Shown: positions 9,507-19,727, numbered from the stretch's first letter. The stretch is 64,000 nt of DNA from Crocinitomicaceae bacterium (GCA_002707155.1 PAME01000012.1:61547-125546), one strand, 5' to 3'. Program-made: numbers and translations. The notes: a model not told the origin generated them from the sequence alone.

Positions 9507-12500
9507 TTAGTGTAAAGTGATTTTACCGTTATACAATGTATTGCTTGCGCTGTTTATTGTTAATTGATAAACACCCGACGCTAAATTATATTCACCTAGA
9601 TTTAAATTAAATTGCTGCAAAGAGCTTTTGTCTTTCTCCAACACAACACGTCCATTTAAATCTACAATTTTCACATTAACCTCACTAAGATCAACATCTG
9701 AAGGTAATTCAATATTCAATAATCCACTTGTAGGATTAGGATAAACACTCACATTAGAGTAGGTAACAATTTCATTCGTTCCTACTGTAATCACTTCAAT
9801 TTCTTTGTTTATAGTAGCTACACCACAATTTTCTGAAGTTACTTTCAGTGTTACTGTAAACACTCCGTTTGTGTCATAAATATTTACTGTTTTCCAAATC
9901 AAACCAGAATCAACTTTACCATCACCAAATGACCAGTAGTAATTAATTCCTGATTTATCATCAGCAGTGAATTCCCAGTTAGATTGCGAGAACTGACTTT
10001 GAACGAAAGTTGCAAAAGGCACAGCGTCAACTTGAACCTTTGTTGTATCGCTAGAGATACAGTTCAGAGGATCCGTAAATTGTACCCAATAAGTAGAGGT
10101 GCTGTCTACAAACTGACGGCTAGAAGAGGAACCATTGCTCCATACATAAGTACCAGCACCAGTTCCTGGATTTAAATCTACCGTATTGCCTTCGCAAATA
10201 ATAGTATCGTTAGTAAGATCAACAGCATTCGATAGGGTTACCTCTATAGTATCCGAAGAGAAGCAGCCATCACTATCATTCACAGCAACGAAATACTGTC
10301 CTCTTTTGTCAATTTTAATTCCTGAAACAGTCGCCCCGTTATTCCAAACGTAGGTGCCGTTAGTGATATCTACAGATACATTTAAGGACTCACCAGCACA
10401 TAAATTTGTGTCATTTGGAAGCTCAACCTCTTTGTTTGTACTAACCATAAAACTATCTACTGCGTTTCCACAAGAACCAAATAATTCTACATAATAATTA
10501 CCAGACTGAGTAAACCACATAGAGTTTGTTGTATCTGTACTATTCCAAAGTACTGTATCTGCTGCAGAAACTTCAGCTGAGATAATTACTGTATCGCCAA
10601 CACAAATGTTATAGGCATCACCAACAGAAAACTTAGCAGGTGCAGAGTACTCAAAAGCTCCTGGATCAGGAGTGTTAGCAGATCTGTTAACACCAGATAC
10701 ATCATCAGTTTGAGCCAAAACAGAACCAATATTATCAATCTGTGCATTACAAGTTTTTAATGTACTGTCTACAAACATAGGATCAGTAGAGATTCCGTTT
10801 GTTTCAAAACCATAATTGTTTTGCCAATTCGATAAATCAGGAATAGTTATACTTCCAAATTTTCCAAGATCGGTAGAAGCGTACAATACGTTGTTGTCCA
10901 TTGCGCTAATAGAGGAGGTGCCTTGAACTTCAAAAGCAAATCCGTCACCGTAGTTGGCAACAATATTGTTGTGCACTACATTTGCTCCGCTATTTCCTAC
11001 GTATATTCCTGAAGCAGTTGTGCTTCGCCCTAGTAAGTTGATAGCATTGTGTGCAATTTCGTAAAACTTCACATTGTCAAGGCGTATTCCAGAGTAAGAC
11101 GTCGTTAAATTAGAGTCACCCATAATTAAACGGTTGTTATATACCTGAACTTTATTCGTAGGAGTGCCGCTTGAGTTTAATACTCTAATACCAAATCTCA
11201 TTGAACGCTCAGTAGTAATGTTCGAGTTGTTATTAATTTCAACCGAACCTGACGCATTATCTACAAAAAGGAAAGTACCGTTAGTTGAAGGACTTCTAGT
11301 TATGTTAGAATTTGTGTTGCCCGTAAGTTCCAATCCATTAGTGTTAGTAACAAACACACTTCCGTTGAAGTGATTGTTAAACGAACAATTTGTGATCGAT
11401 ATATCTTCGTTAGGGCTTATAGATAAACTTGGTTCCAATCGAATAGCTTCGTTTCCACCATCAAAATGACAATTATCAAAGCTAATTTCTTCTAATCCAT
11501 TAAAGCCATCTTGTCTTACCAAGTTTGAATTTGAACTAGAACCAGTGTAAGTGGCATTGAAATTACAGTTATTAAATGTAATGTTTTTTGATTCTTCAAA
11601 AAAGACTAAGCTGGAGTAACTACTACCACTTAAGTCTTCAATGGTGATATCATTAAATGTAATGTTTTGAGTACCCGTAAAGCTCAACACATGATTCTGA
11701 GCAGGCGAGGTGCTTGACCAATTAATTGAAGTCGAATCAGCATCACCTGCCATAGAGTTAAATGTAACTTCAGCATTATTTGTGATTCCAGGAATAACGT
11801 CAAAACTACAATCGGCATAATGTTTTCTTGAAGTAAGATTAAAGATAACATTTCCACAAACTCCGATTTCTCTAATATCTCTAATTACTTTATACAAAGA
11901 ATCGTAATCAGAAGCAGAATCTCCAACTGAATAAGTACCTACTAAACCAGGTCGTGGAATTCTCATTAAAGTATCATCTCCTTGGAAGTCATCTAATGTA
12001 TCGCCGTTTACTAAACTAAGCCATACTTTAAGGGTGTCACCATATTTGTATTTCAATGCACCTAAATTCACATTGGCAACTGAAGCAGCTCCGCCAGCGC
12101 TAATACTTCCTTTCCACTGAAAAGGAGTTTGCATTGTGTCATTTAAAGACCATTGAATAGTTGCACTGTCAATAGCAGTTTTACTATCACTTTTTAAAGA
12201 TATAATTACAGAATCTCCAATTACACAAGAAGGAACAAAAGGATCTAATATTTCATCAATTCCAGCATTTTGTTGGTACAAAACTGAAAAAAGGTAATCT
12301 TCCGTTTCACCAGAAGTATAATTAAATTGACATGGGTTTGTTGGTGCAACACCATTCCAGTTATTTTGAAAACGAATTCTGTAAGTACCACCCGCAGTTG
12401 GACTACCTTGGAAGGTAGCAGGAACTGCAAAAGACCCTGTTTTGGCTCCTACACCTCTGTTGTTAACAATTCGTTCTCCTGAATCGAATATTTTATTATC

Positions 12501-12824
12501 GTTCCAATCTATCCAAATTGAAAGACCACTTTGTTGTCTATTACTATTTACTCCAGCATCATAGGTTACTTTATAACCAACAGAAGTACCAGGAATACAA
12601 GTGTAATTGTGAACATTGGCAATGGTGTAGTCTGTATAACCAGCTGCTGAACCATTCCAAGCGGTAGATTTGCTTAGCATGTTAGTTGTACCGTTAGTAA
12701 GTGCAACCTCATCCATTGAATCCCATTCGAATCTATAGGTTGGAGAGCAATATTGTGCAGAGCTAACTGCCCACGCCGAAAGTAGGATAGTAACTAAACT
12801 TAATTTTGTGTAAACGTTTTTCAT
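9507..12824 (-). CDS. T9SS-secreted multidomain protein B, a paralog of protein A with the same architecture
   Basis: Signal peptide ending SAQYCSP. GETEDYLFSV (GEVED motif). Beta-helix repeats. Three CxGxx...W.N/S...C.S.D Ig-like units. WSFGDGKVDSG PKD motif. C-terminal VSVYPNPTSGLLNIEL sorting domain. Only 29 nt from protein A. Confidence 0.85.
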   Translation of the reverse strand: MKNVYTKLSLVTILLSAWAVSSAQYCSPTYRFEWDSMDEVALTNGTTNMLSKSTAWNGSAAGYTDYTIANVHNYTCIPGTSVGYKVTYDAGVNSNRQQSGLSIWIDWNDNKIFDSGERIVNNRGVGAKTGSFAVPATFQGSPTAGGTYRIRFQNNWNGVAPTNPCQFNYTSGETEDYLFSVLYQQNAGIDEILDPFVPSCVIGDSVIISLKSDSKTAIDSATIQWSLNDTMQTPFQWKGSISAGGAASVANVNLGALKYKYGDTLKVWLSLVNGDTLDDFQGDDTLMRIPRPGLVGTYSVGDSASDYDSLYKVIRDIREIGVCGNVIFNLTSRKHYADCSFDVIPGITNNAEVTFNSMAGDADSTSINWSSTSPAQNHVLSFTGTQNITFNDITIEDLSGSSYSSLVFFEESKNITFNNCNFNATYTGSSSNSNLVRQDGFNGLEEISFDNCHFDGGNEAIRLEPSLSISPNEDISITNCSFNNHFNGSVFVTNTNGLELTGNTNSNITRSPSTNGTFLFVDNASGSVEINNNSNITTERSMRFGIRVLNSSGTPTNKVQVYNNRLIMGDSNLTTSYSGIRLDNVKFYEIAHNAINLLGRSTTASGIYVGNSGANVVHNNIVANYGDGFAFEVQGTSSISAMDNNVLYASTDLGKFGSITIPDLSNWQNNYGFETNGISTDPMFVDSTLKTCNAQIDNIGSVLAQTDDVSGVNRSANTPDPGAFEYSAPAKFSVGDAYNICVGDTVIISAEVSAADTVLWNSTDTTNSMWFTQSGNYYVELFGSCGNAVDSFMVSTNKEVELPNDTNLCAGESLNVSVDITNGTYVWNNGATVSGIKIDKRGQYFVAVNDSDGCFSSDTIEVTLSNAVDLTNDTIICEGNTVDLNPGTGAGTYVWSNGSSSSRQFVDSTSTYWVQFTDPLNCISSDTTKVQVDAVPFATFVQSQFSQSNWEFTADDKSGINYYWSFGDGKVDSGLIWKTVNIYDTNGVFTVTLKVTSENCGVATINKEIEVITVGTNEIVTYSNVSVYPNPTSGLLNIELPSDVDLSEVNVKIVDLNGRVVLEKDKSSLQQFNLNLGEYNLASGVYQLTINSASNTLYNGKITLH

Positions 12825-12870
12825 ATACTGTTATTTACCTGTTTAAACTTTGAAAATCTATTTGAATTTC

Positions 12871-12899
12871 CAAATATAGAAATATTAACAAGCCAACAA
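12871..12899 (-). promoter_or_regulatory. Candidate promoter of the T9SS cargo pair: -7 TATATTTG (12871-12878) and -33 TTG (12897-12899), 18-nt spacer
   Basis: The plus strand reads CAAATATA and CAA. It sits ~47 nt upstream of the ATG at 12824 and abuts an A9 tract (12898-12906). Confidence 0.45.
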
Positions 12900-12972
12900 A
12901 AAAAAATTCAAAAGACTCGTTCATTTGTTGAAGTTAGCATTTTATAAAGGTTAGCGCTGGTTTGAGGGGCTG

Positions 12973-15900
12973 CTAATATTTTAAAATTTTATTTTTTTCG
13001 TCATTTAACCCAACGATTATGAACGATTCATCGTCGTTTATTTTCACATCCGCCATATCCTTAACATCTCCTTTAAGGAATACGCCACTTTTTTTATAGG
13101 GTTGGAAGGAAAATTGCCCTTTTCCATTTCCTAATGCTAGGAAACCAATGGATGCATCGTTTCTAGGTGTCTCAACTTCAGCGGTATATAAATTTCCTGC
13201 TCCTAGAATATCAAGATTTCCATCTTTATTAAAATCTTTTATAATCATGCTTTGAACACAACTAAACTGAAGTTCGTTGGGCAGTTTGGAGATTTTGAAT
13301 TTACCGTTTCCTAAATTCTCAATGTAACTGTTTGCAAATGTTGTTGCTTTATAATTTAAAGCATCGCTTAATTGACTGCCATAAATATCCTCGATAGTTG
13401 CAGATGCAAAGTCATTGAAGGTAGGGAATTTTTCCTTTATAAAAGGCATTTGTTGCGAGGAGCAGGTCCTTCCTCTCACAGGAAAACAAGCACCATGATC
13501 GTAATAACCTAACACAATATCTAAAGATCCTGAATTATCAAAATCATGACACCAAATTTGAAACGGCTCATCTTTTGACGCCTTATACTTATAGTTCAGA
13601 CCTAAATTCCCTACAACGATATCTTCATCTCCATCTCCATCAAAATCGGCGGTTTCTATACTATACCACCAACCTGTATTTTCATATAAGTTAGCGGCGC
13701 TCTCCACCTTACTTAATTTGCCGTTTTCGTTTTTCAACAATAACAAAGGCATCCATTCACCAACAACCATAAGATCCAGGTCCTTATCTCCATCATAATC
13801 GAACCATTTAGCATCTGTAACAAGCCCGGGATTCATTAAGTCTGGAGCTAATTCTTTTGTTTTATCTTCAAAGACACCATTGTTATTTATAAGCAGGTAG
13901 CTTCTGGGAGCAAATGGGTATTTTGCGGGGGTAAGTCGTCCACCGACAAAAAGATCAAGATCGCCATCACCGTCAAAATCTGCAGAAGTTACTTCTTTGC
14001 CACTTACCGCAAAATCAGGCAAACTCCTATAGTCATTAGTAAAGTTTCCCTTACCATCGTTTTTATACAATCTATGTTTATAAGAGTTCGTCTGGTCAAC
14101 AAATTCATTTCCACCACTGGCAACATATAAATCCATATGACCATCATTGTTGTAATCAAAAAAGTGCGCTCCTACATCTTCTTTATTTTTATCAGCAATA
14201 AATGCAGGTACGTTTTTCTTTTTAAATACTCCAGGAGATTCTTGCATGTATAAAACTGAGGGTTGTTTATAGGCATTGCAAAAGAAGACATCTTCAAGTC
14301 CATCGTTGTTAACATCAGCAACTGCTATTTCTGGCCCATGTTGGCTATTACGGTGGGGAAGTAATATTTCCTTTTTAAAATCGTCGTGGTCATTTTCAGC
14401 ATGTAAAAATTCAATGGCTAAATTCTCTTGAAGAGTGAACAATTGTTTCTCCTTTTTGATTTTTGGAGGTGAGACTGCTGAATTAATATTAATAGAAATT
14501 GTTTGATTTGGATTTACATTCTCAAGCACGGAATATTTACCATTTGTCCAATATACTTCAACTCGATCAATGTTTGTTGCTTGACCCAATCCAAAGTGGA
14601 TTACAGTTTCAACCGATGAAATATAACCACGAGTAGGATTAAAGAATTGAGTCTGAGATTTCCCATTTACCGTAATAACAACTTTAGACTGCTCCAGTGG
14701 AGTTTTATTTCCCTCTAAATTTACTCTTAAAAAGTTGTTTCCTAATTTCTCTATGGCGTTGTTTTTATAAACAAAGGCTTCCGATTCTAAATTATTTGTA
14801 ATTAATTCTAAGTCTCCATCATTATCTAAATCCGCAAATGCAGCTCCCATCGAGAAGCTTTTTTCACCGAGGTTCCACTCGAATGTCTTTTTAGAAAAGG
14901 TAAGGTCACCATTATTTTTGTAAATGTAATTACTCAATGGAGTAGACGGAGTGCCATCAAATACGCTTCTTCTTTCTTCTTTAGTTAGATTATGTCGTTT
15001 TCCATAAAGCTTGTTGGCAGAGTTGTTATAGTCGTTGTCTCTGTCATCAAGTCTATACCCGTTTGAAATAAAAATATCTTTTTCACCGTCATTATCAAAG
15101 TCAGCCATCAATGGAGCCCAACTCCAGTCGGTTGAACTTATACCAGCTAGTTGAGCAATGTCGCTAAATGTTCCATTTCCATTATTGAGCTGCAATGTAT
15201 TGTACATGTATTGCAGTGGGAATCCAAAACGAACTAATTCGTAAAATTTTTCTGGAGCCATTGCTCCCATTTGAGTTTTAATTCTAACGTGATCTTCTGC
15301 GGACATGTCTAAAGCGATTACATCTATAAAACCATCATTGTTTAGGTCAGCAACATCATTGCCCATACTATAGAGTGCAATGTGTGTGGTTCGTTCCTTG
15401 GTCTCATTTTTAAAAGTACCATCTTGTTGATTTATATACATTCTATCTGGAGAGTCATAATCGTTAGATATGTACAAATCTGGATAGTTGTCATTATTAA
15501 AATCGCCAACAGAAACCCCCAAGCCATATCCACCGGCAATCTCTGGGTCAAATCCAGCATTTGGTGTCACATCGTTAAACTTACCGTTCTCATTATTATA
15601 CAACCGGTCTTCGGTGACTTGCCTTTTTTTGTATTTGTCAATATTTAAATCATCGGCTGTACTCCATGTATTTGAATGATTCATTACAAACAAGTCTAAA
15701 TCGCCATCCAAATCATAATCAAAAAATGCAGATTGGGTAGTAAATCCAGTATCTGCTATGCCATACTGCTCGGCGGCTTCAGTAAACGTGAGGTCGCCAT
15801 TGTTAATTAATAAACTGTTTTTTCTTTGTTCAGCTGGGTTGAATCCTCCTCTACTAAGATAAATGTCTTGAAATCCATCACTATTTATGTCAACTATGGT

Positions 15901-16287
15901 TACCCCACTTACCCAAGAACCAAGTTGGCCAACATTGGCCTTGTCTGTGATATCTTCAAACTTAAGTTCACCTAGGTTTAGGTACAATTTGTTGCTGACT
16001 TCATTTCCTGCAAAAAACACATCAGATAATCCATCGTTATCAAAATCAGCAATTCCAACTCCGCCGCCATTAAACTGATATTGAAAATCATAGAAAACTA
16101 ATTCTTGATCAGGACTTATCGTGTTATTGAACGAAATTCCCGTTTGAGCGGCATCCAATTTCTCAAACATTTTTAAGGTGTTATTTACCTTTTTCTCAGC
16201 AAGCTTAGCGGGTTCTTTTTTCTCCGATCCGCAACCAATAACAATTAGAAATATTGAGAGAATTGCGAAAACTTTGTTTAAACCCAT
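12973..16287 (-). CDS. FG-GAP/VCBS-repeat lipoprotein with ASPIC/UnbV-like regions (CRTAC1 family)
   Basis: Many DxDxDGxxD / FG-GAP-like repeats (DFDNDGLSDVFF, DINSDGFQDIY, DYDLDGDLDLFV, DFDGDGDEDIVVGN). Lipobox LIVIGC. I prefer the start at M15 (MGLNKVFAILSIF, ATG at 16287), which avoids overlap with the upstream gene. Confidence 0.85.
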   Translation of the reverse strand: MGLNKVFAILSIFLIVIGCGSEKKEPAKLAEKKVNNTLKMFEKLDAAQTGISFNNTISPDQELVFYDFQYQFNGGGVGIADFDNDGLSDVFFAGNEVSNKLYLNLGELKFEDITDKANVGQLGSWVSGVTIVDINSDGFQDIYLSRGGFNPAEQRKNSLLINNGDLTFTEAAEQYGIADTGFTTQSAFFDYDLDGDLDLFVMNHSNTWSTADDLNIDKYKKRQVTEDRLYNNENGKFNDVTPNAGFDPEIAGGYGLGVSVGDFNNDNYPDLYISNDYDSPDRMYINQQDGTFKNETKERTTHIALYSMGNDVADLNNDGFIDVIALDMSAEDHVRIKTQMGAMAPEKFYELVRFGFPLQYMYNTLQLNNGNGTFSDIAQLAGISSTDWSWAPLMADFDNDGEKDIFISNGYRLDDRDNDYNNSANKLYGKRHNLTKEERRSVFDGTPSTPLSNYIYKNNGDLTFSKKTFEWNLGEKSFSMGAAFADLDNDGDLELITNNLESEAFVYKNNAIEKLGNNFLRVNLEGNKTPLEQSKVVITVNGKSQTQFFNPTRGYISSVETVIHFGLGQATNIDRVEVYWTNGKYSVLENVNPNQTISININSAVSPPKIKKEKQLFTLQENLAIEFLHAENDHDDFKKEILLPHRNSQHGPEIAVADVNNDGLEDVFFCNAYKQPSVLYMQESPGVFKKKNVPAFIADKNKEDVGAHFFDYNNDGHMDLYVASGGNEFVDQTNSYKHRLYKNDGKGNFTNDYRSLPDFAVSGKEVTSADFDGDGDLDLFVGGRLTPAKYPFAPRSYLLINNNGVFEDKTKELAPDLMNPGLVTDAKWFDYDGDKDLDLMVVGEWMPLLLLKNENGKLSKVESAANLYENTGWWYSIETADFDGDGDEDIVVGNLGLNYKYKASKDEPFQIWCHDFDNSGSLDIVLGYYDHGACFPVRGRTCSSQQMPFIKEKFPTFNDFASATIEDIYGSQLSDALNYKATTFANSYIENLGNGKFKISKLPNELQFSCVQSMIIKDFNKDGNLDILGAGNLYTAEVETPRNDASIGFLALGNGKGQFSFQPYKKSGVFLKGDVKDMADVKINDDESFIIVGLNDEKNKILKY

Positions 16288-16297
16288 TTGATTTATT

Positions 16298-17455
16298 TTA
16301 GGCATATTTCTGTACATCTTCTTTTTCAATTTTAGAACCCGATAAAATTACGAGTCTTTCTATTACATTTTTTAATTCTCTTATGTTTCCGGTCCAATCT
16401 TTAGCGGTTAACTCTTTTATAGCCGAATTAGAAATCTCTTTTTGAGCAACCCCCATTTCAGTACAAGCAATATTCAAAAAGAAATTTGCAAGTTCAGGAA
16501 TATCACTTTTTCGTTCGTTCAAGGACGGGTTTTCGATTAAAATTACACTTAATCTGTGATAAAGGTCTTCTCTGAATCGGCTTTCTTTTATTTCTTCTTT
16601 TAGATTTTTGTTAGTAGCGGCTAGTACGCGAACGTTTACTTTAATTTCTTTTTCACCACCAACTCTAGTTATTTTATTTTCTTGCAGCGCTCTTAGCACT
16701 TTGGCTTGAGCACTTGCGCTCATATCGCCAATTTCATCCAAGAAAATTGTTCCACCTTCAGCTTGTTCAAATTTTCCTTTCTTGGTTTTTATGGCAGAGG
16801 TAAAGGCGCCTTTTTCATGGCCAAATAATTCACTTTCGATTAATTCACTTGGAATGGCCGCACAGTTCACTTCTATAAATGGATTTTTAGCCCTATTACT
16901 TTGATTGTGCAGTGCATTTGCAATTAATTCTTTTCCAGAACCATTGGGTCCCGTAATTAAAACCCGTGCATCGGTGGGAGCAACTTTGGCAATAATTTCG
17001 TGGATTCCATTTATAGCCTCAGAAGAGCCTATGATTTTGGAATTTGAGTACCGTTTGATTTTCTTTTTTAGGGTTTTTGTTTCGGTCACCAAGTTGCCTT
17101 TATCCAAGCCGTTTCTCACAATAACTAAAAGGCGATTCAGGTCAAGTGGTTTTGCCAAATAGTCGTATGCACCTTTTTTAATGCAATCAACAGCCGTCTC
17201 AATGTCTCCATGTCCAGATATCATAATGATATTTAGCTCAGGTTTAGATTCGAGCGCCATTTCTAAGAGCTCGCTTCCATCCATTTTTGGCATTTTTATA
17301 TCGCAAAGCACCAAATCAAAATCATCAGAGCGAATACTCGATAATCCTTCCATTCCATTTTCTGCTTCGGCAATGGAATGGCCCTCATATTCTAACACAT
17401 CTCTGAGCGAGTTGCGAATACTTTTTTCATCGTCTATAACTAAAATACTTGCCAT
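16298..17455 (-). CDS. Sigma-54-dependent response regulator (receiver + AAA+ activator) lacking a C-terminal HTH domain
   Basis: Receiver domain (ILVIDDE...DLVLCDIKMP). Walker A GPNGSGKE. GAFTSA sigma-54 contact loop. ESELFGHEKGAF. The protein ends 30 aa after NIRELKNVIERL, so at 385 aa there is no room for a Fis-type HTH. Confidence 0.9.
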   Translation of the reverse strand: MASILVIDDEKSIRNSLRDVLEYEGHSIAEAENGMEGLSSIRSDDFDLVLCDIKMPKMDGSELLEMALESKPELNIIMISGHGDIETAVDCIKKGAYDYLAKPLDLNRLLVIVRNGLDKGNLVTETKTLKKKIKRYSNSKIIGSSEAINGIHEIIAKVAPTDARVLITGPNGSGKELIANALHNQSNRAKNPFIEVNCAAIPSELIESELFGHEKGAFTSAIKTKKGKFEQAEGGTIFLDEIGDMSASAQAKVLRALQENKITRVGGEKEIKVNVRVLAATNKNLKEEIKESRFREDLYHRLSVILIENPSLNERKSDIPELANFFLNIACTEMGVAQKEISNSAIKELTAKDWTGNIRELKNVIERLVILSGSKIEKEDVQKYA

Positions 17456-18796
17456 TTATTTGTGCACTATCCATTTCCAAAGTTCCGAGTACGAAACTTT
17501 TTTACCATACATAAGAATTCCTGTTCTGTAAATTTTTGCCGCCAACCATACCGTAAAGATAAAACCAACAACAAGGGCCACCATCGAAAGAATTAGTTCC
17601 CAAAGTGGAATACCGCCTTCGCCAATGCCTATGGCAACTCTAACCAGCATTGCAATTGGCGAAGTAAAAGGGATTATTGACAACCAGAATGCAAGCTGAC
17701 CCTCTGGGTTTTCTACAATTGCAGCAGAAAGAACATAAGCTAGAGTTAGCGGTAGCGTAACTGGAAGCATAAATTGTTGTGTATCGGTTTCATTGTCCAC
17801 TGCCGAACCTACTGCTGCAAACAAGGCACTATACAATAAGTACCCTCCCAAGAAGTAGAAAATAAATAAGCCTATCATCAAAGGCCAATTTGTTCGATTA
17901 ATAATGTTGTTAGGGTCCAGCAAATCAAATTTCTTTTGAGTAACATTCTCCATTTGAATTTCCTTGGCAATATCTGGGGTTACTTGAGTTTGTGCAGCAA
18001 TTGCAGCCGGGTCATAGTAATCCTTAAAAACAGTTGATTGAACTGCCGCAAGAATACCCATGGTTAATACTATCCAGAGGGTAAATTGGGTTAGGGAAAC
18101 TAGAGCAACTCCAATTATTTTACCCAACATCAATTGGAAGGGCTTAACCGATGTTATAATTACTTCAACGATTCGGTTTGATTTTTCCTCGATTACGCCG
18201 CGCATTACTTGCACGCCGTATAGGAAAATGAAAATATAGATCATCGCGCCAAAGAAAAAGCCAACGTAAGAAGCAGCCTTATCGAGTTTTTCTTCTTCAC
18301 CGTTTTTTGTGAATTTAATGGAGTTAAGAACAAAGTTTGTTTTTACATCATAGAATTCTTCGCGCGATATATTGTATTGTTTGAGTTTTAGTTCCTCTAC
18401 TACACTTTCTACCTTATCTTCAATTACCCGAATTACGGAGCTACTAGGCTGTTTTTTATAATACAGCTTAGACACATTACTGTTTTCAATATTTCTAGGA
18501 ATGTAAAGTACACAAGTGTAATCTGAGTTGAATAGCAAGTCTTTTGCTTGACCTAAATTCATTCCAGTACCATAGTTAAACTCTATGTTCTTGGTGTCTT
18601 GTAAATTATTGAATGCAGGAGCTTTTTCATCAATGATTAAAACCTTATGCTGAATATTTTCTTTTACACTCAAATAAATTACCAGCGATAAACCCGCAGC
18701 AAGCAATAGTGGGCCAAGAAAAGTAATAAGCAAGAATGATTTTTTCTTTACTCGAACTAAGTATTCTCGCTGTATTATTAGCCAAGTCTTATTCAT
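17456..18796 (-). CDS. ABC-2 type transporter permease (NatB-like)
   Basis: 446 aa. N-terminal TM helix, large extracytoplasmic loop, then 5 C-terminal TM helices. 8-nt overlap (ATGAATAA) with the ATPase gene. Confidence 0.8.
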   Translation of the reverse strand: MNKTWLIIQREYLVRVKKKSFLLITFLGPLLLAAGLSLVIYLSVKENIQHKVLIIDEKAPAFNNLQDTKNIEFNYGTGMNLGQAKDLLFNSDYTCVLYIPRNIENSNVSKLYYKKQPSSSVIRVIEDKVESVVEELKLKQYNISREEFYDVKTNFVLNSIKFTKNGEEEKLDKAASYVGFFFGAMIYIFIFLYGVQVMRGVIEEKSNRIVEVIITSVKPFQLMLGKIIGVALVSLTQFTLWIVLTMGILAAVQSTVFKDYYDPAAIAAQTQVTPDIAKEIQMENVTQKKFDLLDPNNIINRTNWPLMIGLFIFYFLGGYLLYSALFAAVGSAVDNETDTQQFMLPVTLPLTLAYVLSAAIVENPEGQLAFWLSIIPFTSPIAMLVRVAIGIGEGGIPLWELILSMVALVVGFIFTVWLAAKIYRTGILMYGKKVSYSELWKWIVHK

Positions 18797-19727
18797 CGCT
18801 TCCTTGGTTTATTTCGTTAACTCTATCAATAAAAACATCATTCATAGAAGGAATTACTTTTTCCAGTCCCAAAACATCTACATGAGGAATTACTGCTTTT
18901 AACAGGTCATTGGGTGTTTTTTTATTCGCTATTTTTATGGTCGAACTGTGCAAATTGTTTCTGATTGTTTTTGTTTCTTTTAATTCCGCATCTATCCACA
19001 GTGCTTTTGCAAAAGCCATGTGATCTCCCTGATAAGTCACTCTAAATTCATTTCCACTTCGAGCTTCTTTAACTTCATCAATAGATCCTTCTAAAATCTT
19101 TTTTGAATTGTAAATGAGGGCAATGTCATCGCAAATTTCTTCGACTGAAGCCATGTTGTGCGTTGAAAGGATAACAGTAGTTCCTTCCTCTCTAAGTTTT
19201 AGAATTTCATCTCGTATTAGGGTTGCATTAATGGGGTCAAATCCAGAAAAAGGTTCATCTAAAATGAGTAGTTGCGGCCGATGCATAACGGTAACAATAA
19301 ACTGCACTTTTTGCTGCATACCTTTAGAGAGCTCATCTATTTGTTTGTTCCACCAACCTGTAATCTCAAACTTTTCAAACCATTCCTTTAGGCTTGCCAT
19401 AGCTTCAGACTTTGACATACCTTTAAGTTGGGCTAAATAAAGTGCCTGTTCACCAACTTTCATTTTCTTATACAATCCGCGCTCTTCAGGCAAATAACCA
19501 ATAGATTTTTGGTGATGAGCCATAAGTGGTTCTCCGTTAAAAAAAAGTGATCCCACATCGGGTCCAGTAATCTGGTTGATAATTCGTATTAAGCTCGTCT
19601 TACCGGCGCCATTAGGGCCGAGTAAACCAAATATTGTGTTCGAGGAAATGGATAAATCTACTTGGCTGAGTGCGGTATGATTCGCGTAGAATTTACTTAC
19701 TCCTTTTATGTCCAGTATACTGTTCAT
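18789..19727 (-). CDS. ABC transporter ATP-binding protein (NatA-like)
   Basis: Walker A GPNGAGKTS, signature LSKGMQQK, Walker B LLILDEP, H-loop STHNM. 312 aa. Confidence 0.95.
   Translation of the reverse strand: MNSILDIKGVSKFYANHTALSQVDLSISSNTIFGLLGPNGAGKTSLIRIINQITGPDVGSLFFNGEPLMAHHQKSIGYLPEERGLYKKMKVGEQALYLAQLKGMSKSEAMASLKEWFEKFEITGWWNKQIDELSKGMQQKVQFIVTVMHRPQLLILDEPFSGFDPINATLIRDEILKLREEGTTVILSTHNMASVEEICDDIALIYNSKKILEGSIDEVKEARSGNEFRVTYQGDHMAFAKALWIDAELKETKTIRNNLHSSTIKIANKKTPNDLLKAVIPHVDVLGLEKVIPSMNDVFIDRVNEINQGSDE

Noticed and set aside
16288-16329. Longer start of the FG-GAP lipoprotein, overlapping the sigma-54 activator by 32 nt
   Set aside because: The internal ATG at 16287 gives a canonical lipoprotein signal peptide and removes the overlap. 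The longer form cannot be excluded.
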